64,000 bases of DNA. It comes from Haliotis rubra (Eukaryota). The first letter of the stretch is position 1. Every line of letters starts with the position of its first letter. Below the pieces are notes generated by a model. That model made no database searches, was not told the origin of the DNA, and saw only the letters and a list, made by a program, of their open reading frames with translations. Below are positions 37,944 through 52,636 of this stretch, one piece after another. The translations under genes were made by a program, and so were the position numbers. The stretch covers positions 310,001 to 374,000 of the forward strand of contig NW_025765669.1 in assembly GCF_003918875.1 (NCBI RefSeq), read 5' to 3'.

Positions 37944-40900
37944 TAAAGAAAGTTTGTGAGATATATTTTGAGTTTGATCTTTTCTCATATATGCCATTGT
38001 GATTTGTTTACTTGGTGCCTTGTTTCTGAGGAATGATTTGTGAGGAATATCCATATATGAAATGTTCCAGTATTTCTCTCAGGAATGCCATGCTTGGGGT
38101 ACATGTTGAAAGAGCTTGTCCTCCTGTTCATTTTATCAAGCATACATGTGTAAGTCTTGCCACTGGATTCATGCAAGGGTCAATTTCGCTCTACACAGGT
38201 AGCAGCAAAGCAGGTAAAATATTGTTACTGAAGCAACTATCTAGTGTAAGTGTGCAGAGATCATGTTCCATCACAAGAGAATGTCATCACTTTTTTGTCG
38301 TACATAGAAACCTTATGGTTATGATTTACTAAATGACCAAATGTTGTCTTTTTTTCACTAACACAATTGACATTTGCTACGACATTTTCTCGACCACCAA
38401 TTTCCCCAATTGCAATGAAACTCATATTAAGACAGTTTATTTATAGCTAGTATGTTTGTTGTTTACGCCTCACTCAGCAATATTCCAGCTATATGGCGGC
38501 CGCCTGTAAATAACCGAGCCAGGGCCAGACAATCCAGTGATCAACAGCATGAGCATCGATCTACAAGGATGTGAGACTGGGATTAGGACTGTATCATACT
38601 TTGCTGCCAATCTCCCCTGCCACATTCTGTGTAATATTGTTTTATGCTGTCACCATACACGAATGAAACATTTTGAGTGTCACCTTTTTGTTGATGTATG
38701 CTCATACTATTGACCACTGGTTTACCTTCTCCAGAACAGAACCTACACTAGTGTTGTGACAGACTATGATCATAAGATGGGATAAGTGCAAGGAATGTTT
38801 CAGTGTGTGTTCTTTCATGTGTAGAATTTTAGTATGGTGAGATTTTGAACAAAGAGTGTTTGTAAAGTTTTTAATTTTATATTTAAAATGTTGTTCATGC
38901 TTAATATGTCAAATTCCCTGCAGATTCAGCATTCATTTCAGGATAGTCCAGATCAGGTTTTTGTTTTGTTTTTACAGCAATTTTTGCATTGCAACTCTTT
39001 CTTTTTTTAACAGTATCAATTTTATGATTATCCTTTTTTGATTATAAAGCAAAATTACACTTTAAGAGTTTGAGGGGGCACTTAAACACAGTTTTGACTT
39101 TTTGATAATGCATGCAGATCTTCAAATGGTGGGACTGTTTTGTGACTGAAGGGAATCTATGCTGTCTCTCACAATCTGCCTTAACTTGACATCAAACCTT
39201 GTCACAGGTACAAACATTACTCTATCTTAACCATTGTCTGGGGGCATAGTGCCAATTTCTCCTGCAGAGCTACAACTCTGTGACATGCAATAAATCAATA
39301 ATGATGTGACAACTCCACTTTACCCTGATCATTATCCCCCACCACGAGGTGTGAGGGGGATATTGGTTTGAGCTCCGTCCCTCCATCCATCCGAGATGAT
39401 GAGGGCGGATTTGTTAAAAAAAATGTTATAGATAGGGAAACCAAATTTGGGATGTGTTTTGGGCTTTCTTTTCTGTTTGTTAGGGGCAGTTGGGTAGCCT
39501 AGTGGTTAAAGGGTTGGCTCGTCAAATCACACCGAAGACCTGGGTTCAATTCCCCACATGGGTACAATGTGTGAAACCCATTTCTTGTGTACCCCGATGT
39601 GATATTGCTGGAAAATTGATAAAGCCAGCGTAAAACCATACTCACTCACTCACACACTCACTGTTTTCTGTTAGAGGAAGAAGCTATGATATTTACGTTT
39701 TTAGGATATATGGACACTTAGGGTGTGCGGCAAATAATATGTTTTGGGAGTAAAGCCTTGACACTGAATCATTCCAGTGTTTTCCATAAGCCAACATGCA
39801 CCTTATTCCAGAGATTTGATGCCTTGATGGTAGACACTGCACAATTCATGTTCTGAACAACCTTCAGTTGGTTTGGAACATGTCTGTCAACTGCTATGAT
39901 CTCATGTACATAAATGTGTGTACTACCTGTGTATCATGACCTCGCATCACTGTATATCAGTAACATATATCACTGTATATCAGTAACTTATATCACTGTA
40001 TATCAGTAACTTATATCACAATAAATCAGAAGAGAATGATGGATGCTGCATGTGTGAAAACGCATACCTTCGGAGTACTGACGTCAACGTCTTTGTATAC
40101 TATTAGTTCAAAATTGTACATGTGACATTTTTCCTATGCAGACTCAACTGTTTATGAAGGGTTCATTTTCAATGTAATGTCAATAAATGGTTATTTTTGT
40201 AGAATGTACTTTTTTGTTATTTATTACTTGTTCTTTTAACACATGGGTTCTGTCAGCAATGTTCCAGCTATATGACAGCGGTCTCTAAATAATCGAGTCT
40301 GAACCAGACAATCCAGTGATTAGCATCATGAGCATCAATCTACCCAATGGGGATATGAAGACATGTGTCAACCAAGTCAGTGAGACTGACAACCCTTACC
40401 TCTTACAAGCATGGGCTGCTGACGACCAATTTTAACCCAGATTTTCGTAGGTCCAGTTTCCAGGAAATACTAGTTATATCCTATTTTTCCCTCATATCAT
40501 ATTTGATTGGTCAAGGGCACGTAATATGCCATGGCTTGAACCAGGGGAAGGGGTTATCTGGTCCAGAATCGATCAAACCCCCACCAAAGAGGTTGAATAT
40601 TTCAGAGTGCAGAGGTACACAATAAACAAAAAAAAACGAAACGTTTTGCTCCAAATCCTACATTTATAAAAATCACAATCAATGTAGGAAGTATTAAATA
40701 GCCATTTCAGTATGGTCCGGTTGCACTAGCAAAAAAGTGAAGTGTGGTTACGGGCGGACATCGTTCCGACCTTTCTCTTACAGTAGGAACAAGCCCTACT
40801 ATATAGTGGAGAGTGATCATAACGTATACCCTGGAGATTATCGAGGACGGAACAAGCCCAGAACTTTATTTATGTCAATCTAACATTGATATCTCCTTGA

Positions 40901-42291
40901 TCAAGGGATCACAAATCAAGTAAAACGTGCGTCATGATACCAGACTGGGTCCCCATCTTCAAGTATTGTTACCCTACCCACGTACCTCAGCTGAGAATCC
41001 TCCAGGTAATTCCTCATCCTGGTGGAATTCGTGGCCATTTACGTAGATTGATGTTCATGATGTTGATCACTGGATTGTCTGGTCCAAACTCGATTATTTA
41101 AAGACCGCCGCAATAAAGCTGGAATATTGCAGTGCGGCGTAAAACTAAACTCACTCACTCAGAGTCTTGTGGACCTATAATTCAGTGGGCCCCACAATAT
41201 GTCAACCAGAAAAGTTTGATGAGAGGCATCAACAATAGTTCTTTACAATAAAATATATTCCTCAAAATGTTTATCAACAAAGCGGTCTTAAAGCAACATG
41301 AATATTATTGATTTAAATTAAACCCCATTTAACACCATGTTTATGACTGCACACATGCTGAATTTGATTTTGAATTAAATGAAAACCGTTATTACAATCC
41401 GTCGCTGTTGGTTGATTGGCTAATTTGTTGTTTAACGCCACACTCAGCAATGTTTCAGCTATATCACGGCGGTCTGTAAATAATCGAGTCTGGACCACAC
41501 AATCCAGTGATAAACATCCTGAACATCGATCTACGTAACTGGGAACCGATGACATGTGTCAATCAAGTCTGCGAGCATGACCACCCGATCCTGTTAGTCG
41601 CCTCTTGCGACAAGCATGGGTTACTGAAGACCAATTCTAACCCGGATCTTCACGGGTACCAGCGCAGTCATGAATCAGTGTAACACCATTATCACTGGCG
41701 AATTCGCATAACAAGTGACCAGGCTTTTCTCTTGTTTCTTAACAAACGCTGACATTCTTCGGTCCGAACAAACTGGCCTAATGTAAGGCTTTACATATTG
41801 TTTCGCATAATAAAACAGATATAGAACAACAACTGTCGAGGCGTCAGCGTTTTATACATCAAGGACTGGTAGTTACACATAGGCGGATCCCTAAGGCGGA
41901 TCCATATATGTTTGCATTTGCGCAGACCACAATTATTGTCCTGAAAGTTTATCAAATGACCCCGCTTTCTCAATAACCTGTATCCGGCCCTGGTTACACA
42001 TAACAGTTAACAAATTGCAAGAGTTGACGTCTGGTAGTCATGCACAGGGACTTGGGCACCCTCTCCGCCCCTGTTCATTTCAAGTTTTCAAGTCCCACTC
42101 GGCAATATTTCGTTATTTTACGTTGTCAGTAAATAATCGCGTGTGTACTGGACAATCGAGTGATTGGCATGAACATAGAACCACGTATGTGGATACAAGG
42201 ACACGGAAGCCAAATCATAAAGCTGGATCCACTTAGTCGCCCCTGACAACCATACGGGTAGGTTGCTAAGGGACCGTTCATAATTTATGGC

Positions 42292-42292
<1 letters not shown>

Positions 42293-42342
<50 letters not shown>
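42293..42342. repeat. (GT)n microsatellite
   Basis: Direct reading. Confidence 0.95.
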
Positions 42343-42344
<2 letters not shown>

Positions 42345-45300
42345 TGATGATTTTTATGGAGAAGCATGTACAATGTGAATGACGCCCCCCACCCCCCTAA
42401 ACTTTATGTACAAAGTAAGTGACACCCCTGCATGTCACGTACAAAATCAATGACCCCCTCCCCTTCCCATAATTTTTTAGCATATTTTTTTAATAATGGT
42501 TATGTACAAAGTTGCTGACCCCCCTAGTAGATGTGTACAACATTGATGACCCCCCTAACTCCCCAGAACATGTCAATCTAACATTACAATCCCCTTCTGT
42601 GATATCATCTTAAACTCATTGAAACCAAGTGAAACGTGCGTCCTGGTGCCAGCCTTGATCCCCATGTTCAAGCCTCGTTACCCGACCCTCTTATATCTGT
42701 CAGGAAATTTCTCGTGGAATTGGTAATCAATTGGCTCTGTGTGAAACTGAGATATTGTCTGTCCTACTGTACGTGGTAGTCTTGTAACCTATGAAGATAT
42801 GGGTTAGAATTGATTGTCGTAAGAGGCGACTAACGGGATAGGGTGGTCAGGCTCCTTGACTTGGTTGACACATGTCATCGGTTCCCAATTGCGTAGAATA
42901 GATCGATGCTCATGCTGTTTAGCACTGGATTGTCTGGTCAAGACTCGATTATTTACTGACCGCCACCATAAAAATGGACTATTGCTGAGTGTGGAGATAC
43001 ACAAAATACAAAACATTGGTCTTCAGCACTCAGTCGTAGTCTTGTAGACCTGTAATTCAGTGGGCATCCCAGGTGACAGGGGCGGATACAGTTTTTAGAA
43101 AGGAGGGGTGCATACTATTGAGAAAAGGGAGGGTGTACATTTCATTTTCTCCCGAGTTTCAATGGTCATTTAATAAACTTTCAGGACATAAGTGGGGCTG
43201 CGCACCCCCTTCTGTATCCGCTTAGGGTGAGAGCACGCCAGCCATTATGACAACAAGAAAACTTTGATAAGAGGCATTAACTATTGTTTTTACAATAAAA
43301 TGTGGTTAGAAATTGTTCACATCACAATCTGATTATAGCGATTAAGTGGGTGAGATTTGCATGGCTTGGCATTAGTCCAACACCATAGGGATAACAGAGA
43401 TGGGCTGCAGTAACTGGAGAATAGAACCCTAACTTACGGCATGTCCAGCAAACCCTCAAACCACAACGCTACACTACAGCTTCTGTGCATCATATGTTTC
43501 CTCTAAAGATAAGTGGCGGTGGGGTAGCCTAATGGTTCATGCGTCCGCTAGTCACCTGAAGACCCGGGTTCGATTCTCCACATGGGTACAATGTGTGAAG
43601 CCCGTTTCTGGTGTCCCCGTGATGGTATTGCTGGAATTCTGCTAAAAGCGTGGAAAAAACATACTCACTCACTCACTCTAAAGGATAAACAACACGTAGA
43701 ACAAAAACGTAAACACAAGTTCACTGGTCGAGGCTATATCTACATGCGGACACGCGAGTCAGCAAAGAGATCACTCAACACCTCGCCAGAACGCGCAGCA
43801 CGGAGATCAGAACAGCCATTGTTTTGGATCTATCCATCCTCGTCTGTCATCTGTCAGGAGAGGATAACCCCATCTCGCCAGTGCGTCTGCAGTCAAAGGA
43901 CAATGTAACTGCTACATCAACAAACATGTAGACGAGGCAGCATTTGAGAGTTTGTTAGTACACAGTGTTATTGACATGTTCCTGTGTTAAAAATCCCACT
44001 TGTACATGAGACTACAAGATATTTCCAAAGTGTGATGGCACACCAGGTAAATGATAAAAGATTATTTTGATTCCAGGCATCCACTAGACAACAATTTATC
44101 TACCGTCATTAAAATGGCAGACTACATTTTACAATCAACTAATTAACAGGGGCAGTGGGGTAGCCTAGTGGTTAAAGCGTCCGCTCGTCATGCTGAAGAC
44201 ACGGGTTCGATTTCCCACATGGGTACAAAGTGGGAAGCCGATTTTTGGTGTCACTCACACACACACACACACACACACGCTGTGATATTGCTGGAATATT
44301 GCTAAAAGCGGCGTAAAACCAAATTCACTCACCGAAAATGTAACATGTGGGTGTGAAGTGATGGAAGTGGTGTTGGTAGTTAGGACAGACCTAGAACATC
44401 CTGTACAATATAGATGACACCCGTTACTACTGTGTACATATACTAAGTTGGCCCTCCAACGTCTAATACACATCACTGAGCCCTCTCCCTGAATATTCAG
44501 ATATGACAATATATAAATATGGTCTTCACGTTCGTAGGAGACAGGGCACGCTGTTTCGGTCGTTTAAGACACCGCTGCATACACTCTGACCTGGGCGGAG
44601 GGGTAGTCTCGTGGTTAAAGCGTTCGCTCGTCACGCCGAAGACCGGGGTTCGATGCCCCACATGGGTACAATGTGTGAAGCCCATTTCTGGTGTCCCCTG
44701 CTGTGATATTGCTGGAATATTGCTTAAAGCTGCGTAAAACCAAACTCTCTCACTCACTCAATCGCACTCTGACCTGGGTGTATGAATATTTATTTATTTT
44801 GTTTTACAACCTTGTGTATTTACTCTTCGAAAACAGTTCTCTCCCAGGGACGGGACTCCGGTGCCAAGCGTCAAATTACAGCTATATACTGTACATATTA
44901 TCTCCCTTAGCCGAACCAGAATCCGCTTATAGATTGCTAATTACGCAGATTCCATGATTCTAATCGATATCGGTCTGTTGTTGGCAACATACGCTTACTC
45001 GTATGTTACTCGAACGTGGTCGATCAACGACCTCTAGAATTAGCACTTTATTCTGCAAGACACAGTGCCCAGTGACGTCATGTTCCAACTGACCGTTGTT
45101 CTTTCAGTTTGTTTGTTGTCTGCTATTTAACGCCGTACACAACATTGTTCCGACAGCGGTCTGTAAATAAGCGACTCTGGGCCAAAATATCCAGATCCAC
45201 ACATGGGATACAATGATATACATGAACCAACAAGCTTGGTTACTCGATCGCGTTCGTCGCCACATACAAGCAGGGGCTGCTGAAGACCAATGATTTGTTT

Positions 45301-46042
45301 GTTTGTTGTTTAATGCCACACTCAGTAGTATTCCAGCTAAACGGTGACGGCCTATAAATAATCAAGTCTGACCAGACAATCCAGTGATCAATATCATGAG
45401 CATCGATTTACACAACTGGGAACCTGATCACCCAAGCCCGTTAGTCGCCTCCTACAATCAGGGGTTGTTGAAGGCCAATGGTATAGCTGGCATCTTCACG
45501 GAGAAATCAGAATTGTCAAAACTACCACTTACTTATTTTAACACTTCTTTGACAAAACAATTTGTAATTATTTCTGTTGTTTGTGCGTAAACGCACACAT
45601 GTTGAATTTTATGGTATAGAGTTTCAATTCATGAAACGCTTCATAAATCATTGAATTTCTTTAAAAAAGCAATTACATATGTCCAAACTGATGTATGTAT
45701 ATATACTATTAATAAATATATGGTCGATTGAACTTCATTTGATCTTAAAAGGCATGAAAAAAACTACATTCCGTAAAGCAGAATAATAATTACACGATTT
45801 TGTGCTTGTTAGCTGTTTTATACGCCAAGCGAGAATTTTTGTGGAAACAGACAAACATGTTCACTGGGTCGACATGTTCATGATTAATTCTTGGATTATT
45901 TGTCGGATGATGAGATTTCAACACATTAAAATACATCAGCGAGAAACAGTAAAATATACCAGCTGTGCATCTGATTTTCATCTAGATGTGTCTCGTTTTT
46001 TCCGTGCCTTACCCTCCTGAATCCACAGAATAAAGATGGCGG

Positions 46043-46071
46043 ATGGATCCGAATAGATCGATTTCATCAGC
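46043..46071 (+). CDS. Probable first coding exon of innexin (MDPNRSISSA)
   Basis: ATG 46043, donor GC|gtaagt, phase 2 matches the acceptor at 49095. Confidence 0.55.
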
Positions 46072-49000
46072 GTAAGTGATTGATTCTGTTTTACATTCAG
46101 ATGTATATATGCCGTGTATAGCAAAATGGCCTGTTGGGATCCCGTGGGTTAACTATTGCGAAAAATACATGTTTAAATTACTTCAATTCATCTATGGTGA
46201 TCAAAAACTGGTTAAAATCAAGCTGGTTAATTTGCCTCATATTTTCAAAATGGCAATGCTGCATATTGTGACGAGTAATGTTAGAAAGGGCGCGTATTCA
46301 CTGCGTAGCGGTCGTTAATAATTTATGAATAGTGGTGGGGGGGGGGTGGGGGTGGGGTTGATGTTAAGGGCTCATCCGTGTGTGTGTGAGGGTGGGGTAT
46401 CGTCAATTTTGTACACGTGTACTACGGAGGTCAGCAATTTTCACATTGTTCATACTTAACCAACACACCCCCTCCCCCTCTCGCGAGATCTCTCTATCTC
46501 CAAAAACATATATAATATCCAACGATAATGAATCAGCATGGATCACGATCATGGTTATATTTTGCTACATTATTTTCAAAGCCACTTTTTTAAACCAATG
46601 ATATCATGAAATATATATTTAAGCATGTTTAGCTGATTTACAATTACAATGTAGTTTTTGAGTATGGTATTTTAACAGTGGACCAAAACTATAATTATAT
46701 TTTTTAGTCAGTGTTTGTTACCAGAATGAGAACTGAAACCATGTTATGTGTACTTGATAACATGTTCGTTGCCCAATGGGCCCATCAATCACTGCTGCTT
46801 GTCGCTTTCATATGTAGTTTGTCATCACATCCCCTTCTACAGGCAGTCTGTGACCGGACGTGACGTCAGAACCCTCAAAGGTCAAGGCTGTTGGTTGTGA
46901 AAGTTGTGAATGGCGGTAACACATTCAGGAATTTGCAGTCAAGACTATTTGCCTGGCATACTGTGAGAGAGAAAGGGTTTGGGTAAGTGAAATTTGAAAG
47001 AGAATCGTTTCAATTGATAATAATGATATCTTTCAAGCAAGTGTTTGTTTAAATGTTGACTATGGTGCCATGAATATACGAACTTACTGCGTTCAACAAA
47101 ACCGATTTCAAGCTTTGCCTTTAGCGCTAGTTCAGCCGTTCATTAAAACTGTTTCCATTGTGTTTGTCACCATGTTTGTCGACTATGAAAGCAGGGATCA
47201 GGGATCCCTGAAACCATATTTTTCAGAAACCAGCCAACAATTTTAGTGTCGTTGGGCAGCAAAGGGAAAATATTTGAAAATAGATCTACCTTATCTTCAT
47301 AGATGAAGTACGTATAAGCCCTTCTTAATGTCATGATGTATTTCTCTTTTCGCACATGACCAAAGCGAATAGGTACCGTTCAATTCTACAGCCAACTTTT
47401 GTCCCCCCGAGCTCCACAGAGGTACTGAACGCGTTTTCTAGGCTTGCTAGATTTGAATTTACTTTTGTATTTATTGTCAGTAGGCAATATATTAATGCTT
47501 ACAAATTGCACACACATGCACTGAAGAGGTAATTCATCACGACCATCTGATGACTGTACGTTTCTACTGGGTTGAATGCACTAAACACCACCAGCTGGTT
47601 ACGTTGCTTGTTTGGAAAATGTTGATTAAGGGAGACTACTCTTGTTGTCAAGGACTGGCTTCGAAGTAGCTGTTAACGCAACATGCTGGTTTTTCTGGCT
47701 TTCCCTAATCCTTCATGTATAATAAATATGAAATGGGAACATGAATTAATGTTTCTACCAACAGATTGTCTTGGAGAGTCAGGAATCCTGTGTATATGTT
47801 TACAGTCATCTGCATATCATTCTGTCATACAGATTGAAAGTACAGTGAAAGCACAATTAGATCTAGTGAGGGCTATATGATTACCTGGCAAATAATAGTT
47901 TTGAAAAATATGACCAGTGATTCCATATTAAGAAAAACATATACAGTAAAAAGGGTCCTACTTCACTAGTGACCCTCCAAGTTTGATAAGTGCATGCCTT
48001 TATGCTGTAACCAGTAATGTTATTTATTAGGAAGGTGACCGTAATTTCATATATTTCAGCTGTCCTGTCTCCAGGGATCATATTCACACACTACTGAACT
48101 ACTAGTAGGTGTATGTGGGAAAAGCAAGGCCATGTCGTAAGTATTTGAGTGCTCATCAGTTAAAATGCTGGCTGAACATACTTCTTCAGATAAAGAGATC
48201 TTTAGTATACTATTTTCTTAAGTAGTTGTGTATGGTATGATCTTGCAGTGGGGCTTATTTAGCAAAATGTATCTTTAACAAACAAATTCAAACGCTTCAG
48301 ATACAGTACCTAATTTGTAGTCAACAAAATTTACGGTTTTATGATCATTTGGTATTTTTTCCTATGATCATATAGCACACACTAAGTCTAAATGCCTTAA
48401 CGAAGAAGAGACCAACATTTCATATTTCTTCAACATGATAATTACGATTTATAAGAACTTGTTTTACTGAACCATAAGGGTATTTGTGCAGTAGATTGAC
48501 TTATCTGTCCTAGATCAGTTTATGACATTTATGTCACCTGGTGGTTCAAAAAAGCACACATGTACAGCATTTACTGGAGAAATCGTATTTAAAATCTTTT
48601 GAAAATCATTACCAATATTGACATAAACCGTAATGTCTACCAGCCACAACTATTCATGTCTGTAAATGTGTATGTCTATAACTAATAGCTTGTTTATAAA
48701 TTTGCTGTGCATGTGATGGTGTTTTAAATTGTAAATGATATTCTAAACCTGAAATGTGTATATACAGAAATTCCTAAATATGACTTTGTATTTATAATGG
48801 ACTTATGTTTATGTGTAGACTTGGTCTCCTCGGTATATGGTTAAAATAAAAACGATGTGATCTTAAATTTGAACTCTCACCAGTAAGGTTACTAACCCAC
48901 AATATGAGATGAAATAGTAGAATTGGTAAGGTTCTCAAAGGCAAAATGCATCATTACACGCTGAGGTTTCACAATCCGACCAGGAATCACTTTTTTTTTA

Positions 49001-49094
49001 TGCAAATGAATATACTTTATTCATAACATGACGACTTTTACTCCAAAAATCATGTTTACCGAAAAATCCCTCATCATGTTCTTTTTATTTTCAG

Positions 49095-50310
49095 CATCAA
49101 CTACATTTTGGGTGGTTTTGCCACGTTTGCAAAGCTCCGGTCCAGCTGTGACGATGACTGGGTAGACCGACTAAATCACCTGTACACTGTCATCATCCTG
49201 ACCGTATTTGCTGTGTTTGTTGGCTATGGTCAGTTCCTTGGCAATCCTATTGAATGTTTCTGTCCACCAGATTTTTCGGCAGCGAGGGTTGCCTATGTCA
49301 AGTCACTCTGCTGGGTTAAAAACACCTACTATGTTCACATCGACGAAGTGATCCCATCTCAAGAGGAACACCGGAAGTCGACCGAAATTCCGTACTACCA
49401 ATGGGTTCCCATAATCCTCCTCTTCATGGCATTCCTTTTCAAGCTTCCGTCTGTATTCTGGCGTTTGCTCAATGGCGCGACTGGGTTGAGCCTTGATAAG
49501 CTGGTTACTATGGCGGTTGACACCCAACTATGTCCAGCCGAGAAGTCGGAAGAAACGATTAGGCATATTGCGCAGTATATCAACCGATGGCTTCAGGCTC
49601 ACAGGGACTACCACTGGAACATATGCGTGCGCATACGTCACAGGATGTCCAGACTCTGTTGCTGCATGTGCGGCAAGCGGGATGGAGTGTATCTCACGCG
49701 ACTTTATGTCTTCATTAAGCTTCTCTACATTGTGGTAGTTCTTAGTCAGCTCTACCTCTTGAATGCCTTCCTTGGACAATGGTACAGCTTGTATGGTTTC
49801 GAAGTCATCAATTCGCTCATGGCGGACAACAGCGACCTTATGCTGAATTCTCCCCGTTTCCCGTTCGAAACGCTATGCGACTTCAAGGTCCGCCAGTTCA
49901 CAAACGTCCAACCCTACACAATCCACTGCAACCTGCCGTACAACATCCTAAACGAAAGAATCTTTGCCTTCCTGTGGTTCTGGTACGTGTGCGTGGCAAC
50001 CATTACCATTGCAAACTTCCTGTTCTGGATTGTCAGGAACAATGTGCGCGTGAAGCAATTCGGTTATGTCAAGAAGTATCTCAAGGTCATGGACGAGCTT
50101 CACGGAGACGAAGACCGGAAGTTGGCTCGAAAGTTTGCAGAGCAGTATCTCCGGAGTGACGGCATCTTCGTCCTGCGAGTGGTCGGCAAGAATACCAATG
50201 AGATAGTCCTCGGTGATATCATACAGAATCTATGGCGACTCTATAAGAACAACCCCATGATGGAAAAAACAGCTCGTCGGGCGGAGAGAGGAGACTACAT
50301 GGCGGCATGA
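49095..50310 (+). CDS. Innexin (gap junction protein), main exon
   Basis: DDDWVDRLNH, IECFCP..CW, YYQWVP, SPRFP..LCDF..HCNL, NERIFAFLWFW; four hydrophobic segments; acceptor ttttcag ending 49094; TGA ends 50310. Confidence 0.96.
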
Positions 50311-52389
50311 TCTACAAGTCCTTGAAATTTCAAGTGCAGGTTGATAAGAAGGCTAACCAATTTCTTATCATTTATCCTTTTGTTTTGCTAATAGATAAAC
50401 AATGAACTTCTTATTAAGCCTAGGGCTCAAAAATCAATATTTGGATGGTCATGTGATTCTCCGTATTATCAGAATACATATACAATTTATCTACATGTCC
50501 ACTAAACTTTAGGGACATTTTATTTTTTCCAGTACAGGTGTAAAGATGCAAAATGACTTTCTAGTCTTGTAACACCTAATCATGGCATACAGAGTATAAT
50601 ATGCATTAAGACTGATCCAACAATGTCTTTTTCCAGTTAATCTAGGGATGTGGCTACTGTAAGTCTATGGTGTTAGGAGTTAATGAAGTCGTAGCGCTAC
50701 GATAATCTTCGTGAACAGGGTCCAAGAAACTCCCTGTTGCAGTTAAGTATCCAGCAGCAATATTTCACTCGTCCATTATGAAAGTTACCAGCCATGGCCA
50801 ATGGGTCGGTGATAATTTCTAACACTGCTACATATTTTAAAGTAAATATTAGATTATTGTCATAACATGTTACAGGTTCTGCACGCATGAAAGTATCATA
50901 ATGTTCTTTGGCTGGATGGTTCTATTACCAGAACGGAAATCAAGACAAATTGTTTAATTTTAAGACAACTACAAGAAGCTGCCGAATGTGGTTTGTTTAA
51001 GTTGATTTGTCAAACAACACCTTTATTCACGTATTTCTTTTCATCTTTAATTGATGGATTGTTCCAAAATCAAGTCAAGCGAAATATTCATACTGCAGTT
51101 AGACCTGTGAATCACAAACGTGACAGTTAATGTCCATGATGATAGTATGAAAAATATGATGCCTCCCGACTCTCAGTTTCGGGAGAAACTGTTGAAAATC
51201 AATATGTCCTTCCATATTTGACTTCCTCCAGTTATAACGCAATACTACTTTTGGAGAGAGAAAATACAAAACCAAGAAAAGGTTGTGCTGTGCAAGTTGA
51301 AACACCTGGACAAAGTCTTAAATTACATATTCATGTTTGGCTACAAAATTTACAATGCAAAACATTATTGTATTTGCAATATCAACTCGTTGCCATGACC
51401 ATTGTAACGTCGGTTTATTCGATTAAATCACAGATTAGTGATTATCATCATACGATGATAGAAACGCCAGCTCTTGTAACCGTATCTATGCTCTGCTCCC
51501 TATCACTTAGTTTGGTATTGACGTGACCTTTTACAGAGCATGCATTGTCCAATAGTGTTTTCCACAAAGATTCCAGTGCAAATTTATCTTACCTTATATA
51601 TGTCAGCCATGTGTATGCGGCGTGAAACTCTCTAACTGTAACAATTTCATACCTTTTTCGATGATTTCCAAACAGAAAAGCACATAGACACTTCATGGTT
51701 CAAGTCCACTCATTTTAATGCATGAAAAAAACAGAGGTGAAGGGGCTACGTCACATCTGTATGTTTGTTCAAAATTGCCTCTGTTCACCCAGCAGAAAAT
51801 GGGTACCCGGTGGGATAAGTCATGTGGCTATTAACCTTCTAGCGCTTCACGGGCAGCTTGGAATATCCGGGGTAATAATAATCAGATTGCTTGTGCGCTT
51901 TAAGCATGCTTAGACATGGATATATGCGCGGTATAAGAATGCTATTATTATTATTATAATGGTTTGTGATAGGTCTGAAAACAATGTACCAGTTTGTGAC
52001 TTTGGTACATGACGATACACTACAGAGACTTCACCGGAATCGCTTCTACGTACCAAGTTTTATGCTGTTAGACTGGTTCAGTCACCGGAATCGCTTCTAG
52101 TACCAAGTTTTATACTGTTAGACTGGTTCAGTCATGAGTGATTCATTATCGATGAAACGAACAGTCAATTCGTCTTATATTGACTAATCCCAATACATTC
52201 TTCACCCATCAGCAGATAAATAGATAGATATATGTGCTTTCTCATTCAGAACCTTTTGACTGTTCAGACATCATCCTCTTTCTGCATTATGTACTGTTGA
52301 TTTGTGTTAATGAACTTTGTTTCATTGTTGCCGATTGCCATGAAATATTACATTAGCAGATCTGTAACGTCAGATGTATTTCCTATGTG

Positions 52390-52636
52390 ACACGTGAAGG
52401 TCCAGGTTAGAATATTGATCTTCAGTAACCCATGCTTGTCGTAAGAGGCGACTAACGGGATCGGGTGGTCAGGCTCGCTGACTTGGTTGACACATGTCAT
52501 CGGTTCCCAATTGCGTAGATCGATGCTCATGCTGTTGATCCCTGGATTGTATAGTCCAGACTCGATTATTTACAGATCGCCGCCATATAGCTGGAATATT
52601 GCTGAGTGCGACGTACAACTAAATTCACTCACTCAC
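52390..52636 (+). mobile_element. Family B element, full length; TSD tatttcctatgtg
   Basis: TSD 52377-52389 and 52637-52649. Confidence 0.85.

Noticed and set aside
49108-49110. TTG start for the innexin given in the ORF track
   Set aside because: A strong splice acceptor lies just upstream (AG at 49093-49094); the start is more likely in an upstream exon.
52030-52135. About 50-bp direct duplications here and at 63137-63232
   Set aside because: Simple slippage-type duplications with no further structure.
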